From assembly GCA_964540825.1 (NCBI GenBank), contig CAZINT010000001.1, positions 142,735-206,734 of the forward strand: DNA of 64,000 nt, given 5' to 3'. This DNA is from an uncultured Gammaproteobacteria bacterium. Lineage in GTDB: Bacteria; Patescibacteriota; Patescibacteriia; Magasanikbacterales; GWA2-37-8. The translations under genes and the position numbers were made by a program. A model generated the notes under the pieces. That model saw nothing but the letters and a program-made list of their open reading frames with translations. It had not been told where the DNA came from and ran no database searches. Of the stretch, positions 9,569 through 17,337 are shown in pieces (position 1 is the first letter of the stretch; each line of letters starts with the position of its first letter).

Positions 9569-10138
9569 ATGGTTCAAATTTTTAATTTTTTTTCGTCTAT
9601 CTTCAATTTATTAGATTCCAGCGAGGGGGGCTTTTTAGCAAAAAATGCATCAGACCCTAAAAAGGAATATTTTTTAAAGCGAGCCGACTTTTGGTTGGAT
9701 GAGTTTGTTCACCTTCGCGAAATTACTAATTCTTATTCTGAAAAATTTGGCCGTCTCCAAATAGAGATTTCCTCTATTCTTATAGGTTTTTCTTCTGTAA
9801 TTATTCCTCAACTTTCAAGCCCGCAGGATAAAGGTTTTATAAATTGGGTATTTTTATCTTCTTGGTTATGTTTAATCCTTTCATTATTTTTTGGTTTAAT
9901 AAATTTAAAAATAAAAAGGGCTTTTTGGGAGGTGTTGACTGATAAGTCTCAACAAATAAATAGTCTTTGGTTTGATTATAGAAAAGGCGTGATTGCTGGC
10001 CCAGAAGTTGAAAGAGTTATTGCGGCTTTGTTTAATTCTAAGTTAACATCCCCGGGTATTTACTGGAAATTACAGTCTTCATTTTTATTTTTAGGGGTAT
10101 TGTTAATACTCGTTTTTACTGCGATTAAGATAACTTGA
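9569..10138 (+). CDS. hypothetical membrane protein (AT-rich)
   Basis: ~30% GC ORF with two or three hydrophobic helices. Convergent 36-bp overlap with the yibE/F-like gene. Confidence 0.4.
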   Translation: MVQIFNFFSSIFNLLDSSEGGFLAKNASDPKKEYFLKRADFWLDEFVHLREITNSYSEKFGRLQIEISSILIGFSSVIIPQLSSPQDKGFINWVFLSSWLCLILSLFFGLINLKIKRAFWEVLTDKSQQINSLWFDYRKGVIAGPEVERVIAALFNSKLTSPGIYWKLQSSFLFLGVLLILVFTAIKIT

Positions 10139-11254
10139 TCCTCTCGTCATCCACCAGCTCGCCAAAATCGTCGTCAGCGGTACGGCAAGTACCAGCACCG
10201 AACTTCCAACTAAGGTGCGAATTAATTCTTCGGCAATAAAATTACTATTGAGAGTGACCCACAGCTCCGTAGATTTTTGCATGTTGTAGAGAAGAAATAG
10301 AGGAAACGATGCGCCAACGTAAGCAAGTACCAGCGTATTCACGAGTGATGCAATATGTTCGCGGCCAACTGATAGACCGCTTTTGTATAATTGTGCGAGA
10401 CTGACGCTTGGGTTGGCAAGGTAAATTTCTTCAACAGTGGCAGCTTGCGCGGTGGTAATATCGTCCAGTACGCCCAAGACGCCGATCAGAATGCCGGCGA
10501 GGAGTACTCCGCGCAGATCAATCGTCCCTGTTCCGATTTGAAGATAAAATGCTTCTTCGCTGCCGGTGCCAGAAAGTTTGGCAAACGTGACAAAAGCGAT
10601 ATCCATAAGTATGGCCCCGCCGAGGGCGAGCAGGGTGCTGACCATCGCGATAGTTGTTCGGCGATTGAAGCCGTGGGAGAGAAAAAGCGAGAGGAAGGTA
10701 ATGGCTAGGGCAGCAATAATAGCTGCTCCGAGCGGCGGGTGCCCGCTGATGATACGCGGAATAAGAAACCAGAAAATTACGCTGGCGCTAAAGAGGAGTC
10801 CGATAATTGACGTGAGACCGCGCTTCCGGCCAAAAAATATTGCGAGGCCAAAGAATATGACGACCAGGATGAGAACGTTTGGCAAGCGGTACTTGTCGGT
10901 AATGTAATAAAAATCCGGAATGGGCGACGAGCTGGGTTTGGTAATAACTACGGTTTCACCGGGCTGTACTTTTTGATACTCCTGAATAGCAAAGGTTGCC
11001 CCGTGATCGATGATAATTTTTTTACCTTTCTCGTCGCCATTAAGAATCTCCAGCTGCAATTTTTGATGAAATTGTGAAACGCCGTCAACATCAATGTTGC
11101 CACTTTCCAGAATTTCTACGACCCGGGCACGGTAATAAGTGTCGGGTGTGGGCGCTTCTATGGCAGACTCGCCAACTTGCGCCAAGCTTATCGCTGGCAG
11201 GAGGGCGGTTATGCAGGCAATGAGGGCTGCGACAAAAAGCAATGTTTTTTTCAT
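10103..11254 (-). CDS. YibE/F family membrane protein
   Basis: Signal/TM N-terminus (MKKTLLF..), a soluble domain, then a multi-TM region with GVLGVLDDITTAQ typical of YibE/F. Confidence 0.65.
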   Translation of the reverse strand: MKKTLLFVAALIACITALLPAISLAQVGESAIEAPTPDTYYRARVVEILESGNIDVDGVSQFHQKLQLEILNGDEKGKKIIIDHGATFAIQEYQKVQPGETVVITKPSSSPIPDFYYITDKYRLPNVLILVVIFFGLAIFFGRKRGLTSIIGLLFSASVIFWFLIPRIISGHPPLGAAIIAALAITFLSLFLSHGFNRRTTIAMVSTLLALGGAILMDIAFVTFAKLSGTGSEEAFYLQIGTGTIDLRGVLLAGILIGVLGVLDDITTAQAATVEEIYLANPSVSLAQLYKSGLSVGREHIASLVNTLVLAYVGASFPLFLLYNMQKSTELWVTLNSNFIAEELIRTLVGSSVLVLAVPLTTILASWWMTRGSSYLNRSKNEY

Positions 11255-11383
11255 AGGAAATAATCTAGTCGAATATACAATAGTATAGCATGCTTTGCGG
11301 TTAAAAAAACAAGCGACCACCAGGTGTAGTGGCGGTCGCGTGTTCTCTATGACCTTCGAGGTCGATCGAAGGACGTGTTTATT

Positions 11384-11404
11384 ATATGCAACTTAGTTGC
11401 ATAT
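11384..11404. promoter_or_regulatory. palindrome ATATGCAAC-tta-GTTGCATAT (putative Zur box, copy 1)
   Basis: Perfect inverted repeat GCAAC-N3-GTTGC with extended arms. Shares its core with two copies in the zur divergent promoter. Confidence 0.5.
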
Positions 11405-11426
11405 GTCAAGGTGGGGTGTGGATACT

Positions 11427-11789
11427 TTAGTACCCCCAGTATGCGCCGTAGTAGACGACGCGTCCGCTGTAGCGCGGAAAGGATCGCAGACCTCGTGCTG
11501 AGGAGGGTGTTGACCAGCTATACATCACAGTGCGTGAGGCAGTGTATGCCGGGGCTGGTGCGGGGACGTAGCGCGTGCCGTAGGCTTGGATCCCGCTGCT
11601 GCCCGGTGACTGAGTGTGTGAATGCGTATCGGATCGATCTTCAGAACTGCTGCTCGCTTCGGTGTGGTCATGGTCGCCGTGACTGTCTACTTCTGGACTC
11701 GCGGTACTAAGGATGCGCGCGCTGACAGTGTGCGGCAAGACTACTGCTGCGAAAGCCACGAGTCCAATAAAAATAATACTTTTTTTCAT
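11427..11789 (-). CDS. secreted His-rich protein (putative metal binding), GC-rich
   Basis: Signal peptide MKKSIIFIGLVAFAAVVL, followed by HGDHDHTE..HSHTQ. Overlapping plus-strand Cys-rich ORF judged spurious. Confidence 0.5.
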   Translation of the reverse strand: MKKSIIFIGLVAFAAVVLPHTVSARILSTASPEVDSHGDHDHTEASSSSEDRSDTHSHTQSPGSSGIQAYGTRYVPAPAPAYTASRTVMYSWSTPSSARGLRSFPRYSGRVVYYGAYWGY

Positions 11790-11870
11790 AAGAGTATATA
11801 TAAATAAGTATCAAGGATCTGCAAAATTTTTCCAAAGCCTGGATACAAGGGCACCCGCAGGTGCCCGTAG

Positions 11871-12509
11871 TTAGTTGAACGAGAAGGTAAGGCCTGGTTT
11901 GAGAGCTACCTCCCATTCCCAGTACTTATGAAACCCGGGTGGAGCTACAACAGCCTCCACATCCAGGCCGAGCCATACCTGCTTGAACAGGCGTACGCTG
12001 ATGGTGGGGCTGAGTCCAAAGATGAAGGCGCTCCCTGTTTCGGGTTTGGTGAGTTTTTGTCCTGAGAGCGTCACCATCCGCCGTTCGCCATGGTAGCCCA
12101 TGAGCGGACCGATCCCGAGCCGGAGACGGTCGGCGATTGTTGCGGCGAATACGACACCGCAGTGGATGCCCCAGCTGTAGTTGCCGTCATCTTTGTTAAA
12201 GATGTCTCCGCCGCAATTTGCTTCGAACCATTCCGCGGACGCGGGGTGCAGTCCGATGTGGAACCAAGCGCCGTGGCCATCCTCAAGCCCGCCGCGAAGC
12301 GGGGGAGGGACGATAAAGCCGTTTCTGGCGTACGCGTACCCGCCGCTGATGTCGGCATGGACACGTTGCCCCGGCGTGTGTGTATGACCGTTGTGGATTT
12401 CTTTTTCAGGCGCTTCGTGGTGATCGTGCTCGTCGGCGGACGCCAGCAAGGGTGTAAGACTGGCCAGGGCGAGAGCGCAGAGGAAAATGAACGTTTGGCA
12501 CGTCCGCAT
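11871..12509 (-). CDS. secreted His-rich protein (putative zinc-responsive), GC-rich
   Basis: ATG at 12509 after a GGAG RBS. Signal peptide, then DEHDHHEAPEKEIHNGHTHTPGQRVH. Zur-box-like palindrome lies 11–31 nt upstream of the start. Confidence 0.6.
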   Translation of the reverse strand: MRTCQTFIFLCALALASLTPLLASADEHDHHEAPEKEIHNGHTHTPGQRVHADISGGYAYARNGFIVPPPLRGGLEDGHGAWFHIGLHPASAEWFEANCGGDIFNKDDGNYSWGIHCGVVFAATIADRLRLGIGPLMGYHGERRMVTLSGQKLTKPETGSAFIFGLSPTISVRLFKQVWLGLDVEAVVAPPGFHKYWEWEVALKPGLTFSFN

Positions 12510-12519
12510 CTTTTTCTCC

Positions 12520-12540
12520 AAATGCAACTAAGTTGCTTAT
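12520..12540. promoter_or_regulatory. palindrome AATGCAAC-taa-GTTGCTTAT (putative Zur box, copy 2)
   Basis: GCAAC-N3-GTTGC immediately upstream of the His-rich protein gene, in the zur divergent intergenic region. Confidence 0.55.
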
Positions 12541-12566
12541 GTGGTACCATACATCAGGGTAGTTGT

Positions 12567-12587
12567 CAATGCAACAAAGTTGCGTTT
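12567..12587. promoter_or_regulatory. palindrome AATGCAAC-aaa-GTTGCGTTT (putative Zur box, copy 3)
   Basis: Third GCAAC-N3-GTTGC copy, ~65 bp upstream of the zur ATG. Confidence 0.55.
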
Positions 12588-12651
12588 ATCCACAGGTGAG
12601 GCTTGAAAAAAGCTGAATTTGGTGCTATACTAAGGGCATAAATAATGTTAT

Positions 12652-13095
12652 ATGGCCAAGACAACTGAAGAGCTGCTCGAGAATCTTAAAGAAAACGGTG
12701 AGCGCATCACGACTGTTCGGCGTGCGCTGATTCAGATTTTGTCAAAAGATCATCAGCCGGTATCTGTTCAGGAAATTCTTAAAAAATTAAAATCAAGCGC
12801 CATCGCTGCCAACAAAACCACGGTATATCGCCAGCTCGAAACCCTTTTGAAATATAATTTTGTTCATGAGGTGCGCCTGTCTGATCGTTCCGTTTTATAT
12901 GAATTAGCCAATGGCAATGACCATCACCACCACCTGGTGTGTCTTGGTTGCGGGTCAATTGAAGATGTTTCGTTTCGTGATGACTTGGAGCGCCAAGAAA
13001 AAAATATTACAAAAACTAAAAAGTTTAAAATTATTCGCCATTCGCTTGAATTTTTCGGCTGGTGTTTAAAATGTCAGAAAAAATATGGAAAATAA
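12652..13095 (+). CDS. zur: Fur family transcriptional regulator, probable zinc uptake regulator
   Basis: Fur-like winged helix, HHHH motif, CLGCG and CxxC metal sites. Heads a znuACB-like operon. Confidence 0.8.
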   Translation: MAKTTEELLENLKENGERITTVRRALIQILSKDHQPVSVQEILKKLKSSAIAANKTTVYRQLETLLKYNFVHEVRLSDRSVLYELANGNDHHHHLVCLGCGSIEDVSFRDDLERQEKNITKTKKFKIIRHSLEFFGWCLKCQKKYGK

Positions 13096-14017
13096 AATGC
13101 TTAAAAAAATAGTCGGAGTAATCATCGGCGTCACTGGTATTGTTTTGGCGGGCTATTATATGTCTGGACGGAATGTGGTGGTTGCGCCGTCAAACAATGC
13201 GGTGAGTGTGGTTACCTCTTTTTATCCCTTGTACTTTTTTGCATCCGAAATTGCCGGCAATAGTGCGGAAGTATATACCATAACACCTGCCGGAGCAGAA
13301 CCGCATGAATATGAGCCGACTACTCAGGATATGGTTAAAATGCAGAAAAGTGACCTGGTAATTCTTAATGGGGGAGGCCTTGAGCCGTGGGGCGATGACG
13401 TGCGGAGCTCTTTATCAGGCAGCTCGCCGCGGGTGATTACCCTTGGAGCCACGCTCGCGGACCGTCAATTTATGGAAGACGGGACTTTAGTCCAAGATCC
13501 TCATGTTTGGCTTTCACCGGTGCTTGTCAAGGAAGAAGTCAAAGAAATTCTTGCCGGTTTTATAGCTGTTGACCCGGCACGCGCAGGTATGTATGAAAAG
13601 AATGCAGCAGCGCTGCTGGAGAAGCTTGATGCACTCGACACTGATTTTAAAAACGGCTTGGCACAATGTGCTCGTCGCGATATTGTTACGTCACATGCCG
13701 CGTTTAGTTATTTGGCAGCGGCATATGGTTTGCAACAAGTGCCTATTGCCGGCCTGTCACCGGAAGGCGAGCCCTCACCTCGGCAGTTGGCTGGGGTAGC
13801 TGATTTCATACGAAAAAATAAAATTACTCATATCTTTTTTGAAAGTTTGGTCAGTCCGAAATTTTCTGATACGCTGGCTCAAGAAGTGGGTGTAAAGACG
13901 CTGGTGCTGAACCCGCTCGAAGGGCTTACTCGTGATGAGATTGCGGCCGGTAAAACATATCTCACGGAAATGCGTCTTAATCTCGCTCATTTACGAATCG
14001 CACTCCAATGCCAGTAG
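13085..14017 (+). CDS. znuA: metal ABC transporter substrate-binding protein (ZnuA/TroA family)
   Basis: N-terminal TM/signal, FYPLYFFASEIAG, ITPAGAEPHEYEPT. Alternative start at 13097. Confidence 0.8.
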   Translation: MENKMLKKIVGVIIGVTGIVLAGYYMSGRNVVVAPSNNAVSVVTSFYPLYFFASEIAGNSAEVYTITPAGAEPHEYEPTTQDMVKMQKSDLVILNGGGLEPWGDDVRSSLSGSSPRVITLGATLADRQFMEDGTLVQDPHVWLSPVLVKEEVKEILAGFIAVDPARAGMYEKNAAALLEKLDALDTDFKNGLAQCARRDIVTSHAAFSYLAAAYGLQQVPIAGLSPEGEPSPRQLAGVADFIRKNKITHIFFESLVSPKFSDTLAQEVGVKTLVLNPLEGLTRDEIAAGKTYLTEMRLNLAHLRIALQCQ

Positions 14018-14772
14018 ATCATACTAAAAATATACTCGAAGTAAAGAATGTTTCGTTTGCCTATGGGGCTAACGAGGCGGTTTTAACGAACATTTCACTC
14101 AATATTCATTCGGGTGATTATTTGGGCATTATTGGTCCCAATGGTGGCGGCAAGACGACACTGCTCAAAATTATGTTGGGATTGCTCCGGCCGACTCAAG
14201 GCAGTGTTTTTTTGTTTGGTAAAGAGCTTAATGATTTTAAGGACTGGCCATCTGTGGGGTATGTGCCCCAGAAAGCGGTCCATTTTGAAGCGACTTTTCC
14301 CGCTACGGTAGAAGAAGTTGTCGCGATGGGGCGTTTTGGTAAGCGTGGCCTGCTGCGGATGTCGACCGGCGAGGATGTAAAAAAAGTCGCCGAAGCACTT
14401 CGGCACGTCGACATGTTGGATTTTAAAGACCGGCTTATCGGGGATTTGTCGGGCGGGCAACAGCAGCGGGTATTTATCGCCCGTGCCCTGGTTACGGAGC
14501 CAAAGATTATTTTTTTGGATGAGCCAACTGTGGGCGTTGATGTGGGGACTCAGGAACAGTTTTATCGCTTGCTTGAAAAATTAAACCAGACGCTCGGGCT
14601 AACGCTTGTTTTGGTGTCACACGATATTGATGTAATTGCCAATGAGGCTACGGAGCTTGCCTGTATTAACCAGACGCTTGTGTACCACGGAAGTCCGAAA
14701 GAATTTGTAAAAGGCGAATACCTCAAACAGCTTTACGGTAAAAACATCAAGTTTATTTTGCATGATCATTAG
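14008..14772 (+). CDS. znuC: metal ABC transporter ATP-binding protein (ZnuC-like)
   Basis: Walker A GPNGGGKTT, signature LSGGQQQR, Walker B IIFLDEP. Confidence 0.85.
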   Translation: MPVDHTKNILEVKNVSFAYGANEAVLTNISLNIHSGDYLGIIGPNGGGKTTLLKIMLGLLRPTQGSVFLFGKELNDFKDWPSVGYVPQKAVHFEATFPATVEEVVAMGRFGKRGLLRMSTGEDVKKVAEALRHVDMLDFKDRLIGDLSGGQQQRVFIARALVTEPKIIFLDEPTVGVDVGTQEQFYRLLEKLNQTLGLTLVLVSHDIDVIANEATELACINQTLVYHGSPKEFVKGEYLKQLYGKNIKFILHDH

Positions 14773-14780
14773 GTTGGCGT

Positions 14781-15581
14781 ATGTTTTTAGAAATTTTTCA
14801 GTATACGTTTATTCAACGCGCTCTTGGGGCGGGTATTCTGATTGCCATTATTGCGCCGCTCATTGGTATTTTTTTGGTACTTCGACGGTATTCGTTGATT
14901 GCCGATACGCTGGCGCATGTTTCACTTGCTGGAGTAGCGGTCGGCCTGTTGGCAGGTATTAACCCGATTATTACTGCACTGGCTACTTCTGGTACGGCAG
15001 CCCTGGCGATTGAAAAATTACGTAGCACCAAGAAAGTCTACGGTGAGACCGCTTTATCTATTTTTCTCTCAGGCGGTCTGGCGCTTGCTGTGGTTTTGAT
15101 AAGTTTGGCCCATGGGTTCAATGTGAATTTACTGAGCTACTTATTCGGCAGTATTGTAACGGTAACGGCGCAGGACGTGCGTTTAGTAGCGATAGTAGGG
15201 CTTATTATTATCGTGTTGCTATTCTCTTTTTATAAAGAGCTGGTGTATATCTCGTTCGATGAAGAGGCTGCTCGGGTAAGCGGCATTCCGGTTAAAGCGA
15301 TAAATTTTATTTTTATTCTGCTCGCAGCCATGACGGTAGCGCTCGCTATCCCAATTGTCGGTATCCTGCTCATTTCCGCGCTCGTGGTCATTCCGGTGGT
15401 AACCGCCTTGCAACTGAAGAAGAGTTTTAAGAAGACGCTTTGGTATGCAGAGGGTTTTTCTTTGTTTTCCGTGGTGAGCGGTATACTCGTTTCCTTTTAT
15501 TTCGACTTGTCTCCCGGGGGTACGATCGTGTTGATTGCCTTGGCTTTGTTTAGCCTAATTTTACTTTTTAAACGCTCCTAA
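14781..15581 (+). CDS. znuB: metal ABC transporter permease (ZnuB-like)
   Basis: 8-TM permease; family-typical segments IADTLAHVSLAGVA and TVTAQD. Confidence 0.85.
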   Translation: MFLEIFQYTFIQRALGAGILIAIIAPLIGIFLVLRRYSLIADTLAHVSLAGVAVGLLAGINPIITALATSGTAALAIEKLRSTKKVYGETALSIFLSGGLALAVVLISLAHGFNVNLLSYLFGSIVTVTAQDVRLVAIVGLIIIVLLFSFYKELVYISFDEEAARVSGIPVKAINFIFILLAAMTVALAIPIVGILLISALVVIPVVTALQLKKSFKKTLWYAEGFSLFSVVSGILVSFYFDLSPGGTIVLIALALFSLILLFKRS

Positions 15582-15674
15582 GTTGGGTTACTTGATTAAT
15601 TTTAACCCCTGTGGTACACTGCTTTCGAACTTGAAGCGCTTTATAGAAGCTGCGCTCGTTAAGTAATTTTATAT

Positions 15675-15830
15675 ATGTCACAAGATAATCTGGTAAAAAT
15701 GGAATGTTCGGTCTGCAAACGCACGAACTATTTCACCAAAAAAAATAAAAAAACCCTCAAGAACCGCTTACTTCTGACCAAGTATTGCAAGCACGACAAG
15801 AAACATGTCGAGCACAAAGAAACCAAATAA
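15675..15830 (+). CDS. rpmG: 50S ribosomal protein L33
   Basis: 51-aa ORF below the ORF-track length cutoff: MSQDNLVKMECSVCKRTNYFTKKNKKTLKNRLLLTKYCKHDKKHVEHKETK. L33 pattern C-x2-C..KKNK..KYC..K..HKETK. Confidence 0.8.
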   Translation: MSQDNLVKMECSVCKRTNYFTKKNKKTLKNRLLLTKYCKHDKKHVEHKETK

Positions 15831-15840
15831 GGGTTGATCA

Positions 15841-15872
15841 AAAGCGAGCTCTTTGCTCGCTTTTATCTCTTT
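15841..15872 (+). terminator. intrinsic terminator after rpmG
   Basis: AAAGCGAGC-tcttt-GCTCGCTTT followed by T-rich tail. Confidence 0.5.
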
Positions 15873-15882
15873 AAAAATACTT

Positions 15883-16737
15883 ATGAATTTTTTTCGTTCT
15901 CTCTATAACAGCCTCTTCAACGTTGAATGGCTCCGTGCCCGGTTTTTGTTTCCGGCCCAGGCTTGGGGATATTTTTTTCTCCTCGCGCTTTTTTTAAGCG
16001 TCTTTTCGCTCATCCCGGTGGTGGCGGTGGTGCCGGGTGCTATCCGGTTAGTCAGAAGCAGTATCGAAACAAAAGTGCCGAATTTTGATGTAACAGTACA
16101 AGACGGTGTTTTGTCTGTAAGCGGTATAGCTAATCCGTATAACGTTTCAAGTGAAGAAAGCGGTAAAAATGTAACGTTGTATGTTGATACGGTCGCTACG
16201 ACTACGTTTGACGCCCGCGAGCTAGCGCAAGGCCCGAACGGTGCGGTTATTTTGGCCACCAAAGACGCGCTTGAAATTTACGATAAGGAACAAGGGCGTG
16301 ATCAGGTGGTTCTTTGGAAAAACGTTGGTGACTTTTCGTTTACCAAACAAATGTTGATCGAACGCTTTGACCGCTATACTTCACCGGCTGTATTGCCGTT
16401 TATCGGTCTGTTGGTGTTGGTCATTACCTATGTTGGATTTGTAATTGCCAAGCTTATCAGTATTTTGATCGTTACGTTGATTGTGCTCGTTGTCTGCCGT
16501 ATTGCTGGTCGCCCGTGGCGTTTTGGCCAGCTCTATACGATCGGACTCTATGCTTTTACGCTGCCATCGTTGATCGCTTTGGTGCTATTCTTGATTGGTA
16601 TCCCGGTTGCTTCAATTCACTTTTTAGCCCTTCTGTCGTTTATGCTGGCAATTGTGTTTACCCGCGACCGTTCTATAGCACAGCCGGTGGCAGAAGAAGC
16701 AGCTGAAAAGAAAATGGATTTGGATTTGGAAAAATAA
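15883..16737 (+). CDS. hypothetical polytopic membrane protein
   Basis: ATG at 15883; two N-terminal TM helices, a ~120-aa loop, then three or four C-terminal TM helices. Confidence 0.55.
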   Translation: MNFFRSLYNSLFNVEWLRARFLFPAQAWGYFFLLALFLSVFSLIPVVAVVPGAIRLVRSSIETKVPNFDVTVQDGVLSVSGIANPYNVSSEESGKNVTLYVDTVATTTFDARELAQGPNGAVILATKDALEIYDKEQGRDQVVLWKNVGDFSFTKQMLIERFDRYTSPAVLPFIGLLVLVITYVGFVIAKLISILIVTLIVLVVCRIAGRPWRFGQLYTIGLYAFTLPSLIALVLFLIGIPVASIHFLALLSFMLAIVFTRDRSIAQPVAEEAAEKKMDLDLEK

Positions 16738-16770
16738 GGCGGTCTCCAAAATATTGTTTTTGGAGTCCAT

Positions 16771-17235
16771 ATGCAGTACAATAGTACTACTATGGATTTC
16801 AAATTTTGTTCAAAATGTAGTGCGAGCAAGCCAGTGGAAGAATATAACTGGCGCTATGAAGAAAAAGGTCGCAGACATTCTTTTTGCAAAGAGTGCCATT
16901 CAGCCTATCGACGGGGACATTACATTAAAAATAAATCTAAATATCTTGCAAAAGCGAAAGTGTGGAATGCGAAACAAACACCATGCCTTAGAAAGTTTAT
17001 TGTTGAGTATCTCAATACTCATAATTGTGTAGATTGTGGAGCAGAAGATATCCGGGTGCTGGATTTTGATCATGAACAGAATAAATATATGGGAATTGCG
17101 AATATGATTCGCAATTGCCATTCGCTTGATTCTGTACGACAAGAGATAAAAAAATGTAAGGTCAGGTGCGCTAATTGTCATCGTATAAAAACGTTTGTAC
17201 GAGGAAATTATTGGAAGAATAAAATGGGCCTGTAG
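16771..17235 (+). CDS. HNH endonuclease
   Basis: CVDCG..DFDHEQNK..NCHSL..CKVRCANCHR is the HNH zinc-finger nuclease motif; N-terminal extra C4 cluster. ~33% GC. Confidence 0.75.
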   Translation: MQYNSTTMDFKFCSKCSASKPVEEYNWRYEEKGRRHSFCKECHSAYRRGHYIKNKSKYLAKAKVWNAKQTPCLRKFIVEYLNTHNCVDCGAEDIRVLDFDHEQNKYMGIANMIRNCHSLDSVRQEIKKCKVRCANCHRIKTFVRGNYWKNKMGL

Positions 17236-17297
17236 TTTCAATGGTAAAACATCGGTCTCCAAAACCGAGGTTCCCAGTTCGAATCTGGGCGGGCCTG
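17226..17297 (+). tRNA. tRNA-Trp (CCA)
   Basis: D-stem GTTT/AAAC, anticodon stem TCGGT/ACCGA with loop cuCCAaa, T-arm CCCAG-TTCGAAT-CTGGG. Acceptor GGGCCTG/CGGGCCT has two G·U pairs. The 5' end overlaps the last 10 nt of the HNH ORF. Confidence 0.75.
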
Positions 17298-17302
17298 CAA
17301 AA

Positions 17303-17336
17303 AAAGAGTTCGGTTTTTTAAACCGAACTCTTTTAC
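17303..17336. terminator. bidirectional intrinsic terminator
   Basis: Perfect 12-bp hairpin AGAGTTCGGTTT/AAACCGAACTCT, flanked by A-run and T-run. Confidence 0.55.
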
Positions 17337-17337
17337 T

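Noticed and set aside
11375-11710. Cys-rich 111-aa ORF opposite the His-rich secreted protein
   Set aside because: Antisense artefact of GC-rich sequence. The opposite frame encodes a signal-peptide protein with a coherent His-rich composition.
12090-12599. 169-aa and 159-aa ORFs overlapping 11871..12509
   Set aside because: Same GC-rich antisense artefact. Only the frame with signal peptide, RBS and upstream operator is kept.
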